Below are positions 9,577-20,841 of a stretch of 62,540 nt of DNA, piece by piece; within the stretch, counting starts at the first letter, position 1, and the number at the start of each line of letters is the position of its first letter. The notes beneath the pieces are model-generated. The model did no database searches, was not told the origin of the DNA, and was given only the letters and a program-made list of their open reading frames with translations. The stretch is taken from assembly GCA_035285545.1 (NCBI GenBank), contig JAYKGY010000005.1, positions 1 through 62,540 of the forward strand, written 5' to 3'. This DNA comes from Snowella sp. GTDB taxonomy: Bacteria; Cyanobacteriota; Cyanobacteriia; Cyanobacteriales; Microcystaceae. Position numbers and translations under genes: made by a program.

Positions 9577-11721
9577 ATGGCTAATGTGACTTTTTTATTG
9601 GAGATCGGTACAGAAGAACTACCCGCAGATTTTGTCGCCAACGCGATCGCCCAATGGCAAAGCCTCATTCCTGCGAGTTTAGCAGAAAATCTTTTAACAC
9701 CTCAAGGAATTCAGGTATTTGGGACACCCCGACGTTTAGCCTTATTAATCCAAGGTTTACCCAGCCAACAACCCGATCGCGAAGAAGCTATAAAAGGCCC
9801 ACCTGCTGGTGCAGCTTTTAAAGACGGTCAACCGACTAATGCCGCTATTGGCTTTGCGAAAAAACAAGACGTTGATATTAATGCCCTAGAAATTCGAGCA
9901 ACGGATAAGGGAGATTTTGTTTTTGTCCAAAAGAAAACGCCTGGCCGTCCTGCTCAAGAAATTTTGTCGGAATTGGTTTTAAATTGGATTAATCGCCTAG
10001 AAGGTAGACGCTTTATGCGCTGGGGCGATGGAGATTTACGATTTCCGCGTCCGATTCGTTGGTTAGTTGCCCTCTTGGATGACCAAGTTTTACCTCTGCA
10101 ACTCGTCAATGGTTCCACGACTCTCAACAGCGATCGCGTTTCTAGAGGACATCGGGTTTTACATCCTGAAGCAATTAGTATTCCTAACGCGGCAGCCTAT
10201 CAAGATAGTTTACGTTCAAGTTACGTTATTGTCGATCCCCCAGAACGTCGCCAAATCATTGAGCAACAAATTCACGAAAAAGCAAAATCCTTAGATGGTA
10301 AGGCGGAAATTTATCCTGATTTACTCGCTGAAGTCGTCAATTTAGTGGAATATCCTACTGCGGTTATTGGTCAATTTGATACCGACTTTCTCAAATTACC
10401 CACCGAAGTCATTACCACTGTAATGGTGACGCATCAGCGTTATTTCCCGATTAAAAAAGTAGACGGTAGTTTATTTCCCAATTTTATTACCATTGCTAAT
10501 GGTGATCCCAGCAAAGCCAGCCTAATTGCAGAGGGAAATGCACGGGTGATTCGGGCCCGTTTAGCGGATGCTCAATTCTTCTATCAAGCCGATTGTGATC
10601 AACCCTTAGAAAGTTATTTACCCCAATTAGAAACGGTGACTTTCCAAGAAGAACTAGGAACGATGCGGGATAAGGTTGATCGCATTATGGAAGTAGCCCA
10701 ACAAGTCGCCGAACAGCTTAATTTAGGGGAACAAGACCGCCAAGAGATTGAAAGTACGGCTTTATTATGTAAGGCCGATTTAGTCACCCAAATGGTGTAT
10801 GAATTTCCCGAATTACAGGGAATTATGGGACAAAAATATGCGCTAGTGAGTGGGGAATCCAAGGCCGTTTCTGATGGAATTTTTGAACATTATTTACCGC
10901 GCAATATTGAAGACAGTTTACCTGAAACCCTTACGGGACGAGTGGTGGGAATCAGCGATCGCTTAGATACGTTAGTGAGTATTTTTGGATTGGGTTTATT
11001 ACCCACAGGGTCTTCCGATCCCTTTGCACTGCGACGGGCTGCCAATGCCATTATTAATATTACCTGGTCTGCCAATTTAGGCATTAATTTAGAACAGTTA
11101 TTAAGCCAAGGATCGGCGGATTTTGTGACGGCTCATCCTGATAAAGAAAGTCCTTTTGAATTACTGAAAAATTTCTTTATTCAACGAATTAAAACCCTGT
11201 TAGAAGATGAGTTAAAGATTGATTATGATTTAGTCAATGCGGTGCTGGGGGAAAATGATTCTGACTATACCCAACGAGCCTTGGAAAATTTACTCGATGT
11301 TCGCGATCGCGCTCAATTTTTACAGAGTATTCGCAATAATGGGCAATTGGAACAAATTTATGAAACCGTTAATCGTTCTGCCCGTTTAGCCAGTAAGGGT
11401 GATCTCAATACCCAAAGCCTTGATCCCCAAACGGTGATTAATCCTGATTTATTGATTAAATCTTCAGAAAAAGCTTTTTATCAGGCTTTAACTGCGATTG
11501 TTCCCATTACCGAAACGGCCCAACGCGATCGCAACTATCAAAACTTAGTGAATGGGTTAGCTGATATTGCCCCGACTGTCGCTAATTTCTTCGATGGGGA
11601 AGATAGTGTATTGGTGATGGATGAAAATTTAGAAATTCGTCAAAACCGTTTAAATTTGTTAGGATTATTACGAAACCATGCGCGAGTTTTAGCAGATTTT
11701 GGTTCAATTGTTAAAGGTTAA
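9577..11721 (+). CDS. glyS: Glycine--tRNA ligase beta subunit
   Basis: [42 protein letters not shown]. Confidence 0.97.
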   Translation: MANVTFLLEIGTEELPADFVANAIAQWQSLIPASLAENLLTPQGIQVFGTPRRLALLIQGLPSQQPDREEAIKGPPAGAAFKDGQPTNAAIGFAKKQDVDINALEIRATDKGDFVFVQKKTPGRPAQEILSELVLNWINRLEGRRFMRWGDGDLRFPRPIRWLVALLDDQVLPLQLVNGSTTLNSDRVSRGHRVLHPEAISIPNAAAYQDSLRSSYVIVDPPERRQIIEQQIHEKAKSLDGKAEIYPDLLAEVVNLVEYPTAVIGQFDTDFLKLPTEVITTVMVTHQRYFPIKKVDGSLFPNFITIANGDPSKASLIAEGNARVIRARLADAQFFYQADCDQPLESYLPQLETVTFQEELGTMRDKVDRIMEVAQQVAEQLNLGEQDRQEIESTALLCKADLVTQMVYEFPELQGIMGQKYALVSGESKAVSDGIFEHYLPRNIEDSLPETLTGRVVGISDRLDTLVSIFGLGLLPTGSSDPFALRRAANAIINITWSANLGINLEQLLSQGSADFVTAHPDKESPFELLKNFFIQRIKTLLEDELKIDYDLVNAVLGENDSDYTQRALENLLDVRDRAQFLQSIRNNGQLEQIYETVNRSARLASKGDLNTQSLDPQTVINPDLLIKSSEKAFYQALTAIVPITETAQRDRNYQNLVNGLADIAPTVANFFDGEDSVLVMDENLEIRQNRLNLLGLLRNHARVLADFGSIVKG

Positions 11722-11779
11722 TGAAATAGATTAACCCTAATCAATGCTTGCGAATTCTAATTCTATTGTTACTTGAAAT

Positions 11780-12964
11780 ATGATGCAATATCGACGTTTT
11801 GGACGAACAGAACTCGCAATGCCTGTTTTTTCCTGCGGGGGGATGCGTTATCAATATAAATGGCAAGATGTGGCAGAAAATGACATCCCGAATGATAATC
11901 AACGCAATTTAGAAGCCACTATTGAAGCCGCGATCGCGTTAGGCATTAATCATATTGAAACGGCACGGGGTTATGGCACGTCCGAAATGCAATTAGGGAA
12001 AATTTTACCCAAGTTTCCTAGAGAAAAATTAATTGTCCAAACCAAAGTTTCCCCTAAGGATAATTCCCAAGAATTTAGGAAAAATTTCGATCAATCCTTT
12101 AATTATTTAAAGGTAGATTATGTTGATCTCTTAGGAATACATGGCATTAATAATGAGGAAACTTTAGAACAGAGTTTACGCCCAGGGGGCTGTTTAGACG
12201 AAGCCAGAAAATTACAACAGGAAGGAAAAGTCCGCTTTATTGGTTTTTCGACCCATGGCCCGACTGATATTATTGTTAAAGCCATTGAAAGCGATCAATT
12301 TGATTACGTTAATCTCCATTGGTATTACATTAATCAAAAAAATTGGCCTGCCATCGAAGCCGCAACAAAACACGATATGGGGGTTTTTATTATTAGCCCG
12401 TCTGATAAGGGAGGGCAGTTGTATAAGCCTCCTAAAAAATTGGTTGAACTCTGTCAGCCTCTCAGTCCGATGGTGTTTAATAACCTGTTTTGTTTATCCC
12501 ATTCCCAGGTTCATACCCTGAGCATAGGAGCCGCTAGACCGAGCGATTTTACAGAACATTTAAAAACTTTAGAATATTTAAATCAAGGTTTTGAAGTATT
12601 AAATTCTATTATTCAAAAATTAGAGCAAGAATTCATTAATACTTTGGGAAAAGATTGGATAGAAACGTGGGAAGTGGGTTTACCTCACTATCAAGATACA
12701 CCTAATCAGATTAATATTCATACGATTTTATGGTTACGAAATTTAGCCCTAGCTTACGATTTAGTTGATTACGGGAAAATGCGTTATAACTTATTAGGTA
12801 ATGGGGGACATTGGTTTCCAGGGAAGCAAGCTAAAGAGGTCAATAAATTAGATTTAAGCGTGTGTTTAAAAAATAGTCCCCATCGCGATATTATTCCCCG
12901 CTTACTGTTGGAAACGGATCAACTTTTAGGCGGCCAATCAGTTCAGCGATTATCGAGTAGTTAA
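11780..12964 (+). CDS. Aldo/keto reductase family oxidoreductase
   Basis: YRRFGRT, GINHIETARGYG, GKVRFIGFSTHG. Confidence 0.88.
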   Translation: MMQYRRFGRTELAMPVFSCGGMRYQYKWQDVAENDIPNDNQRNLEATIEAAIALGINHIETARGYGTSEMQLGKILPKFPREKLIVQTKVSPKDNSQEFRKNFDQSFNYLKVDYVDLLGIHGINNEETLEQSLRPGGCLDEARKLQQEGKVRFIGFSTHGPTDIIVKAIESDQFDYVNLHWYYINQKNWPAIEAATKHDMGVFIISPSDKGGQLYKPPKKLVELCQPLSPMVFNNLFCLSHSQVHTLSIGAARPSDFTEHLKTLEYLNQGFEVLNSIIQKLEQEFINTLGKDWIETWEVGLPHYQDTPNQINIHTILWLRNLALAYDLVDYGKMRYNLLGNGGHWFPGKQAKEVNKLDLSVCLKNSPHRDIIPRLLLETDQLLGGQSVQRLSSS

Positions 12965-12980
12965 AATCTTATCAAGTAAT

Positions 12981-13541
12981 TTATGATTGGGGATTAGAAA
13001 GCTGAAATAGAGCGAGTTCAAGACCATAATATTTTGAGGTTAACCCGACAGGTTCCATACCTAAGCGTTGGGTTACCCGAATGGAAGCAGCGTTATCGGG
13101 ACGCACCACAGCATAAATAATCGGTAGCTTTAAGGTCTGAAAACCATAGTCTAGAATTTTTCGAGCGGCTTCAGTTGCATAGCCTTTTTCCCAGCGATCG
13201 CGTCGTAGATGCCATCCAATTTCATAATCCTGGGTAAGATGCCCATGACTATCAGGCAGTTGAACCAACAAAATCGTTCCAATGGGAATTTGTGTCGCTT
13301 TTTCTACTATAGCCCAACACCCTGTTCCGTTATTCAGGGGGCGATATTTTTTCACTCGATCTTCTAAATTTTTTTGGACTGCCGCTTGATCAGGCTCAGG
13401 TTCCCGAATAAAGTGCATTACTTCGCGATCGCCATAAATCCAAAAAGCCTCTGCCGCATCCAAAGCTGGATTCCATTCTCGAATGATGAGTCGTTCTGTT
13501 TCCCACAGGACTTGAATCGGATGAGTCGCTTGATTTTTCAT
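12981..13541 (-). CDS. GNAT (RimJ/RimL-like) N-acetyltransferase
   Basis: ETERLIIR, EIGWHL, WEKGYATEAA, NAASIRVTQRLG. Confidence 0.9.
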   Translation of the reverse strand: MKNQATHPIQVLWETERLIIREWNPALDAAEAFWIYGDREVMHFIREPEPDQAAVQKNLEDRVKKYRPLNNGTGCWAIVEKATQIPIGTILLVQLPDSHGHLTQDYEIGWHLRRDRWEKGYATEAARKILDYGFQTLKLPIIYAVVRPDNAASIRVTQRLGMEPVGLTSKYYGLELALFQLSNPQS

Positions 13542-13762
13542 AAACAGTCATAACTGTAAACTAACAAACATCTTTCTCCGATTCATCCTACAATTTCGCT
13601 AAAATATCCGGGGGCATTGGGGGATAAATTGCGAACAAAATTTTAGGTAAATTTTAAATTAGTAGAATAACTGTGTGAGAAAGATGCTTAAGCAGTAATG
13701 GGAAACAAAAACAATTTTTGCAATAAATAAATAATCAATTTTAAGAAAAGTTAAAAACGAGG

Positions 13763-13945
13763 TCAGTGAGACAAAACTTTTAATCCTGGGGCATAGGACT
13801 CTAAAACATTCCCTGTACGAGAACAATTAACCAATAAATAATCACAAACTGGACAGGAGGTTTCCATGACTTGCAATTGGGCAAAATATTGCCGTTGAGC
13901 ATGGTTTCCACAATTAGGACATCGAATGGTTTGTATACTAGTCAT
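13763..13945 (-). CDS. Small zinc-ribbon protein
   Basis: CPNC and CPVC motifs; GGAGA RBS upstream; resembles a conserved cyanobacterial small protein. Confidence 0.7.
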   Translation of the reverse strand: MTSIQTIRCPNCGNHAQRQYFAQLQVMETSCPVCDYLLVNCSRTGNVLESYAPGLKVLSH

Positions 13946-14436
13946 TTTTGTCTCCTTTAAAATTAGTCTGTATTAACTCGCTTTTTTATTAAAAAAACTG
14001 TAAAGTTTTTAACAAATTAATTAATCTTTTACTATTGTATTCTGGGGTTAATAAAAAATTGCCAACTTTTTTGCGAAATCTATCTGTAGTCAGATTAACT
14101 CGCTCCCTTAAAAGTTTTTCTTGATCCCCACCCCTTTATTATGGCTTAAGAATCAATTTCCATGAGGTAATTTAATTTTTCTTTAAGTTATTTATTTGAT
14201 GAATTTGATTGATTTAAATAATCACAAAGAGAGTCCCTAATCATATCGTTTTTTGAGAAAAGACAGAATTTTCTTAATAAATAATTAATATTTTTGAAGG
14301 CTTTGTGTAAGTACGATGGATACCTCACTTCACTTTTTCAAAAATTTTCCTGTTTGTGTCTTGCCGCGATCGCTGCCAGAGAGAGGTTTTCAGAAAACTG
14401 GTATGATGGATCGAGTATTTTAAAAAATTTGGGCTT

Positions 14437-15270
14437 ATGCAAGAGAATTGGCAAGTGGCTAAAACCTATGAAGATATTTTTTATCATAAATGGGAGGGAA
14501 TCGCTAAAATTACCATTAATCGACCCCATAAACGCAATGCTTTTCGCCCCAAAACCGTTTTTGAACTCTATGATGCCTTTTGTGATGCCCGTGAAGATCC
14601 CCAAATTGGCGTTGTGCTATTAACCGGCGCAGGGCCCCATACCGACGGAAAATATGCGTTTTGTTCCGGTGGGGATCAATCGGTGCGGGGAGAAGCGGGC
14701 TATATCGGCGAAGATGGCGTTCCCCGTTTAAATGTTCTGGATTTACAGCGGCTGATTCGCTCTATGCCAAAAGTCGTCATTGCTTTAGTTTCGGGTTACG
14801 CGATCGGCGGGGGCCATGTACTGCATTTGGTTTGTGACTTAACGATCGCCGCAGATAATGCCATTTTCGGACAAACGGGGCCAAAAGTAGGCAGCTTTGA
14901 TGGCGGATTTGGAGCCAGTTATCTCGCCCGAATTGTTGGGCAAAAAAAAGCACGGGAAATCTGGTTTTTGTGCCGTCAATATAACGCGGAACAAGCTCTT
15001 GATATGGGCTTAGTCAATACGGTAGTTCCCGTTGAAGATTTAGAAGCAGAAGGCATCCGTTGGGCCCAAGAAATCCTTGAAAAAAGTCCCTTAGCAATCC
15101 GCTGCCTCAAAGCAGCCTTTAATGCTGATTGTGATGGACAAGCTGGCTTACAAGAACTGGCCGGCAATGCAACGTTGCTGTATTACATGACCGAAGAAGG
15201 AACGGAGGGAAAACAAGCCTTTTTAGAAAAACGTTCCCCCGATTTTCGTCAATACCCCTGGCGACCTTAA
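14437..15270 (+). CDS. menB: 1,4-dihydroxy-2-naphthoyl-CoA synthase
   Basis: [33 protein letters not shown]. Confidence 0.97.
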   Translation: MQENWQVAKTYEDIFYHKWEGIAKITINRPHKRNAFRPKTVFELYDAFCDAREDPQIGVVLLTGAGPHTDGKYAFCSGGDQSVRGEAGYIGEDGVPRLNVLDLQRLIRSMPKVVIALVSGYAIGGGHVLHLVCDLTIAADNAIFGQTGPKVGSFDGGFGASYLARIVGQKKAREIWFLCRQYNAEQALDMGLVNTVVPVEDLEAEGIRWAQEILEKSPLAIRCLKAAFNADCDGQAGLQELAGNATLLYYMTEEGTEGKQAFLEKRSPDFRQYPWRP

Positions 15271-15514
15271 ATCCCGAATCGTTAAATACATCAATTACCG
15301 TTAATTCTGCTGGAATTAATGCGGAAATTTAGGAATGGAGTAAATTTGATCCGCCATTAAATAAAAACTATTGCATTGAGAAATCCCCCTACTTACAGTT
15401 TTCCTTCTTGGTCAGAGGACGAGGGGGATAATATTGAAAAGCTTATGGGTACGTTAATCAAATCAATTGGGATGAAATGACTTAAAACTAGATTAAAATG
15501 CGCTAGTCCCCGAA

Positions 15515-15796
15515 TCAAGCAGTTAATTTGTCATGATTATTACTGAGGGACATAGGGGCGGGAACTTTTGGGTCACTTTCCTCGTTTTGATAAGTTAATT
15601 GCAGAGAATGCTCTAAACGGACAACTTCTTCCAAACTTTCCCATGCATTATTAAATGGGCGAGCAGCCAAAGTGCAAGCCGACCAATCCCCTTGGACTGG
15701 GACGCTTAATTGATGGCACATTCCTCCTCTTCTACCTTCTGCTTGGTAGTATCTACAGTGCCGACACGACGATGTGGTAAAGTGAGAAGTTTTCAT
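15515..15796 (-). CDS. Cys-rich hypothetical protein
   Basis: CRHCRYY..EGRRGGMC..W.AC pattern; intact ATG ORF. Confidence 0.7.
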   Translation of the reverse strand: MKTSHFTTSSCRHCRYYQAEGRRGGMCHQLSVPVQGDWSACTLAARPFNNAWESLEEVVRLEHSLQLTYQNEESDPKVPAPMSLSNNHDKLTA

Positions 15797-16433
15797 AAAA
15801 GTTTGTTAAAAGCTTGGATTGAGCAATCTCAAGCTATTGATTTAACGATTAATTTCTATTTTGCCTGATTCTCTATTTTGCTGGATTCTCGTATAAGTAG
15901 CCCTACGCAAGAGATTCGGCGATCCCCACGCCTTTTTCTCTTTAGTTTGTTTTAATAATCTTTTTACAAAACGACATGATTATTGAAGAGATTGCTATTT
16001 TTTCAGTTAAGGTTTTAAGTTGGAGCGAGCGCATTTGTTCAATAAAGACGTGGGGATCAAGCCAAAAAGAGCCTTAACGATAAAGATGGGGAGAGGGGGA
16101 ATCAATCTTAAGTTGATGAATTTCTGTTTTAATTGATTCAATTTTTTGAAGAAATAGCTTCAAAAATGTTTGCTGTTGTCTCGTCCTAGATTCGCTGCGA
16201 TTCGGAGAGAAATTTTTGATTTTATCGGCAGTAATGATAAATTCGTCTCACATTCTGGACTAAATAGCCAAATATTGTCAAGTTCAGAGGACAAACAGGG
16301 TGGATTTTGTCTACCATTTGTGTTACAAAAAGAGCAAATTTTTAAACAGTAGTGGCAAATTCTGGCTAAAGTCAAAGTGATATCGGGCCCTTTCCCCCTT
16401 TTTTGCAGACCTATTTAATAACTTCTTAGAAAA

Positions 16434-17822
16434 ATGGCATTTAATTTTGATTTTAAAGATTGGCAGAAAATACGGGACTATTTTGATGAGCAACGGAAGC
16501 CTTCAAAGCGTCGTGTGATGGGGGTTGCTTGCGGCACAGTTTTTATGGCACTGAGTCTGGATGTGCTGTTTTTACAAGGGTTACCCTGGGATAAAATTTT
16601 TAGCGTTGCAGAAGAGGAGCCATCGATTCCGCCTTTACCGGCTAAGTTTGAGGATTTTGTCGATAAAGATAAAAATCCTGTGGGGCGATTGCTGACGGAG
16701 CGGGAACGGGAACGAATTTTATTAATTTTGGGAAAACCCTCTACTACCCCGTTTGGTTTTGTGCCGGGTCGTCCTCCCCTGTTTATCGTACATGACACGG
16801 CAGGAGAACTGGATAATGCCACTTTAGAAGCACAAAAAGAATATAATCGTGGCCCATTGGGAGATGGGATCGCAGCTTATGTTCCGAAACAGGGCGAAAG
16901 CATTATGACTCGTTCGGTCTTTTTTACCCCCAATCGCCCGACAGGAACAGCCTATGAACGGGCCTTTGATCTGATGCCTGAAGCTGAGCGCAGTCGCTCT
17001 CTGAGAACGGTTTGGCATACGCTGAATCTTTCCTCCCGACAAACCCATTTACAGAACGCGATCGCGGCGATCGATCCCAGCTTGGTGACCTTTACGAATC
17101 GGGCTGCCCTGTGGCTGAATTCCTCTTCTGATAGCGCATTTGATGCGTGGCAACGGAAAAATATGAGTTCTTTGGATGGAGCTAAAACGACTGCCATTTG
17201 GGCAATTGGCCAGCTTTGTAGCAATGTGGTTACAGAACCAAATTTGGTAAACAGTTTGGCCCAATCTCCGAATCATGCCAAGCAACTCCTCCAAACTTGC
17301 CAAAAAGTTGCGCCCGTGCTCCAAGAGTATCGAACTCGGGTTGCGACTTCCGTAAATGTGGAACTGGTTCAAAAACGCGGATCGGATTGCTTTACTACCG
17401 ATGCCCAAGTGAGAACTTACAATGGCTTCAACGGTGCGATCACCATTCCTGAAAATCGGGCGATTCCGTTAATCAATGAAAATGGAGAGGTTTATACGGA
17501 AAGTCAATACGAAGCCTTAGCAAATTTGTATTTGCAAGCCGCACTCCATTCTGGGCGTTTCCCTGAAGTTGTGACCCACTATTGGTTGGATCAGGGATTG
17601 GGTAAAGTCATTGGCGATCACTGTGACCCTAGAGGCTTAAATTTAACTGAGGTTTATACTCGCATTAGTACGGCTTTAGGTCATCCTGAAGGAACAATTT
17701 ATGGAATTATCCCTCAATATGGCCAAAATCCTCAGCAGGGGGACAATGTTTGGTGGGCAGAATCGATTGTGGGCACTAAGCCGCCTCTGATGGATAATCA
17801 ATCGGTGGTTTCCGTTCCCTAA
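16434..17822 (+). CDS. Membrane-anchored protein with divergent Amidase_2-like (N-acetylmuramoyl-L-alanine amidase) motifs
   Basis: N-terminal hydrophobic segment, then FIVHDT, VNVELVQ, YTESQYEALANL, VVTH and HCDP in Amidase_2 order. Confidence 0.55.
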   Translation: MAFNFDFKDWQKIRDYFDEQRKPSKRRVMGVACGTVFMALSLDVLFLQGLPWDKIFSVAEEEPSIPPLPAKFEDFVDKDKNPVGRLLTERERERILLILGKPSTTPFGFVPGRPPLFIVHDTAGELDNATLEAQKEYNRGPLGDGIAAYVPKQGESIMTRSVFFTPNRPTGTAYERAFDLMPEAERSRSLRTVWHTLNLSSRQTHLQNAIAAIDPSLVTFTNRAALWLNSSSDSAFDAWQRKNMSSLDGAKTTAIWAIGQLCSNVVTEPNLVNSLAQSPNHAKQLLQTCQKVAPVLQEYRTRVATSVNVELVQKRGSDCFTTDAQVRTYNGFNGAITIPENRAIPLINENGEVYTESQYEALANLYLQAALHSGRFPEVVTHYWLDQGLGKVIGDHCDPRGLNLTEVYTRISTALGHPEGTIYGIIPQYGQNPQQGDNVWWAESIVGTKPPLMDNQSVVSVP

Positions 17823-17993
17823 ACCCGACTAACATTGATAACACAGATGAAAAATAAGTGCAAAAAATGATAAAAATAGGGGTCATTGCTGGCCCCTGAA
17901 GTTTTATCGAGCTTTCATTGAATTAATCGATTGAGTCCCGGAAAGGGTTTGCTCTTAGCCGATAGTTCAGCGATCGCCTATTGCCATTCAAGT

Positions 17994-18404
17994 TTAGTAA
18001 ACACCAATATTAAAACGGTCGTCCCCTTCAATTAACTCTTGAGCCGGTTCGGTTACTGTAAATTTATCTAAATTCGCTTGTAATTTATCTTTTTGCCCAT
18101 CACTCAAGCCAGGAATGTCTAAAACATCATCAACGTTATCATAAGGAGCATTTTTGATGATTTTGCCAGCTAAGTTGGGGTAAAAACCGCGTAAATCACG
18201 AAAATCACGAATATCGCTATTATTTAAATCAATTTTTTGGCCATATTCGGTGCTCAATTTAGCATCGACTTTATTAACTAAAGTTTCAGCAACCACCATT
18301 GAAGAAGAAGGTAAACCAAGGGCTTGAGCGGGTAGTTGGCCGAGAAAACCGAGACACCCCGCAATCAGAGCGACAACAACCAAAAAACGAGATAGAGTTT
18401 TCAT
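17994..18404 (-). CDS. psbU: Photosystem II extrinsic 12 kDa protein
   Basis: Signal peptide, KIDLNNSDIR, GFYPNLA..IIKNAPY, GDDRFN.GVY. Confidence 0.96.
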   Translation of the reverse strand: MKTLSRFLVVVALIAGCLGFLGQLPAQALGLPSSSMVVAETLVNKVDAKLSTEYGQKIDLNNSDIRDFRDLRGFYPNLAGKIIKNAPYDNVDDVLDIPGLSDGQKDKLQANLDKFTVTEPAQELIEGDDRFNIGVY

Positions 18405-18621
18405 GTAAGTTTTTTCCTCCTAGACAGGAATTTTTGATGAAAAGAGCGTAAAAAATTACCACCTAGTCAAGATTGGTAATCGGTTTCGGGTTTAACAAAG
18501 TTATCTCAAATTGTATATTTTTCCGTGACTTGTGGCTAGTCTTCAGTCAGAGAAGGACATTTCTGGAATTTCTGGCATTTTGAATTGCTTCTGGGCGGAA
18601 TCGTTTAGTGATTAAAATCCT

Positions 18622-19089
18622 TTATTTACAGGACGGATTATTTTTTTTCAGTATCCAATAACTGCCCGACAATCCGAGCGTTGCAATCACCAATGTCGCT
18701 AATTCGGTACTACCATACTTACCAAAATCAAAAATAATGATTTTACGCGCAACTGCAATAATCGATGTTACAATGACGAGTTCAACTTGCACAACATTTT
18801 TTTTTAGATAGCCGCTAATATTTTCAAGCAGTTCCATCGCAATTAAGATATTTAAAAATAGGCCAAATATTGCTGTTAGGGTTGCGCCAAAAGTTCCTGA
18901 TAAATAAGAGGCGATCGCATCATACAAATAGCGTGTTAAGTCAATAAGTGAAAAAAAGATAACAACAATCAAAAAAATAGAAAGCAGTTTAGAAATAACA
19001 TTTTCAAAAAAATGAAGAATTTCAAGGAATTTATGATCATTAAAAATAACATGAATTTTTATAATTGATTTCTTTAGTTTTTCCCACAT
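18622..19089 (-). CDS. Phosphate-starvation-inducible PsiE family membrane protein
   Basis: FLNILIAMELLENI..YL and SIIAVARKIII motifs; four TM segments. Confidence 0.85.
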   Translation of the reverse strand: MWEKLKKSIIKIHVIFNDHKFLEILHFFENVISKLLSIFLIVVIFFSLIDLTRYLYDAIASYLSGTFGATLTAIFGLFLNILIAMELLENISGYLKKNVVQVELVIVTSIIAVARKIIIFDFGKYGSTELATLVIATLGLSGSYWILKKNNPSCK

Positions 19090-19217
19090 AAAATATTTAA
19101 AAAAGTTGACAATAGAATTAAGTTAAAATTCTTAGCAATTTATTTTTTAACGTTAAACAAGCAACCGAAACAATCCTGTAAGTGTGAATAAATTTTCCGC
19201 CCCAGACGGAATAATAC

Positions 19218-20333
19218 TTACTCTTGTAAGCTACGGGGATCAAGGGCATCTCGTAAACCATCTCCTAATAAATTAAAGCAGAGTACGGTCAAAATAATCA
19301 ATAAAGCTGGTGGCCAAATTAACCAAGGCTGTAAAACTAAAATTGAGGCATTTGTTGCTAAAGATAAAAGATTTCCCCAACTCGGATCGGGCTGCTGGAT
19401 ACCTAATCCAATCAAGCTTAAAACGGATTCAGACACAATAAAACCCGGAACGGCTAAGGTGGCAGAAATAATAATATAAGTTGCGGTTTGGGGCAAAATA
19501 TGATGAATAATAATGCGCCAGGCAGTCGCTCCCATTGCTTCGGCGGCTTGAACAAATTCCTGTTGTTTTATTGCTAAAACTTGACCTCGAATGACCCTGG
19601 CTAAGCCAGACCAACCGATAAAAGAAGTAATTAAAACAATGAGAAGAAATCGCTGGGCACTGGTTAACCCAGGGGGGAGAACGGCGGCGAGGGCTACTAA
19701 GAGATAAATTCCCGGAATCGTCATTAAAACTTCGACAAAGCGCATTAAAAACGCATCAATCCAACCGCCAAAATACCCCGATATTCCCCCGATAATCATT
19801 CCTAAGGGAAAGGAAATTACAATGCCTACTAAGCCGATAAATAAGCTAATACGACCACCAAATAGCAGACGACTAAATTGATCTCTGCCCTGTTCATCTG
19901 TTCCTAGTAGGTTAATATAGCCCTTGCCTTCGGTTCCAAATAAATGGCGATCAAAGGGGATACCTGGAAAAAGTTCCTTTTCTTCAAAGGTGGGAGGAAG
20001 CGGGATTTTTATTTGAAATAGGTTATAGGGCGCGCCTTTAACAAAAAATCGAAGGGGAGACGGCTCTTGAAAATTCACATTGAGTTCCCGATCGCCGGTT
20101 TCTAAATTGGTGGGGCTTTGGGTCGTAGGGTAGACATGGGGGCCAATCCATTGACCTTCTGGCGATCGCCAATAAATGGTAGTTGGGGGTAATAAAGAAC
20201 CATCCGCTTGGGAAGCATAGGGATCATAGGGCGCAATAAAATCTGCCACAATGACGCTTAAATAAAAAATTAATAATAAAATTGCCCCAAACCGAGCAAG
20301 GGAATTTTCCTGAAGTTTTTGCCACCAATCCAT
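19218..20333 (-). CDS. Peptide/nickel ABC transporter permease (OppC/DppC-like)
   Basis: LGTDEQGRDQFSRLLFGGRISL, EAA-type loop FVQAAEAMGA, GDGLRDALDP. Confidence 0.92.
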   Translation of the reverse strand: MDWWQKLQENSLARFGAILLLIFYLSVIVADFIAPYDPYASQADGSLLPPTTIYWRSPEGQWIGPHVYPTTQSPTNLETGDRELNVNFQEPSPLRFFVKGAPYNLFQIKIPLPPTFEEKELFPGIPFDRHLFGTEGKGYINLLGTDEQGRDQFSRLLFGGRISLFIGLVGIVISFPLGMIIGGISGYFGGWIDAFLMRFVEVLMTIPGIYLLVALAAVLPPGLTSAQRFLLIVLITSFIGWSGLARVIRGQVLAIKQQEFVQAAEAMGATAWRIIIHHILPQTATYIIISATLAVPGFIVSESVLSLIGLGIQQPDPSWGNLLSLATNASILVLQPWLIWPPALLIILTVLCFNLLGDGLRDALDPRSLQE

Positions 20334-20334
20334 A

Positions 20335-20376
20335 AATAATTAATAGTGAATAATTGATAATGAATAATTAACAAGA
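20335..20376. repeat. Short tandem heptamer repeat (STRR-like)
   Basis: AATAATT-AATAGTG-AATAATT-GATAATG-AATAATT-AACAAGA in an intergenic gap. Confidence 0.55.
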
Positions 20377-20405
20377 ATAGGGGATTAAAATAAAATTTTG
20401 ATCCT

Positions 20406-20804
20406 TTAAGTTAGGGCCAAATAGCGTTCAATTAATAGAATCGCCACGATATCATCTACCGGTCGAGGGGGCACCCGTAAACCTTGCGGAATTAAGCGAG
20501 TTAAGCCTTTGGGCGGGTACATTTGCCAATAGCGATCGCGGGCTTCAACGGAACTATTGCGTTCATCAACCATCGCAATGGGAATAGAATGGGGTAACAC
20601 CGTCTCAAGTTCCGCTTTCCATTGTTTCGCAGTGGTTTGATTCCCCATAATGATCTGTTGAATGGCAAACTTTTGACACAATAAGGTTATCTCCTTCAGC
20701 ACCGTATCTGATGCCATCACTTCATGGTAATGCAACTGGGAATTTTTACCGACCACTGCTAAACCGCATTTATCTCGACCCGGATCAAAACCTAAAAAAC
20801 ACAT
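20406..20804 (-). CDS. yqgF: YqgF/RuvX family pre-16S rRNA processing nuclease
   Basis: LGFDPGRDKCG, VDERNSS, VDDIVAILL; usual position after ntcA and DUF3084. Confidence 0.85.
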   Translation of the reverse strand: MCFLGFDPGRDKCGLAVVGKNSQLHYHEVMASDTVLKEITLLCQKFAIQQIIMGNQTTAKQWKAELETVLPHSIPIAMVDERNSSVEARDRYWQMYPPKGLTRLIPQGLRVPPRPVDDIVAILLIERYLALT

Positions 20805-20841
20805 GATCTACACCTCCTAGTTCATGACGATTGAATTCATC

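Noticed and set aside
13763..13945. PriA helicase
   Set aside because: Only a 60-aa zinc ribbon with no helicase domains.
14294..14623. ORFs 14294..14623 (+) and 14338..14604 (-)
   Set aside because: They overlap menB out of frame or antisense and show no recognisable motifs.
15383..15429. Riboswitch-like hairpin ATCCCCCT...AGGGGGAT
   Set aside because: It lies between two convergent 3' ends and has no aptamer consensus; more likely terminator-related.
16160..16375. Two short overlapping ORFs upstream of the amidase-like gene
   Set aside because: Non-ATG starts, no RBS, no motifs; probably promoter DNA.
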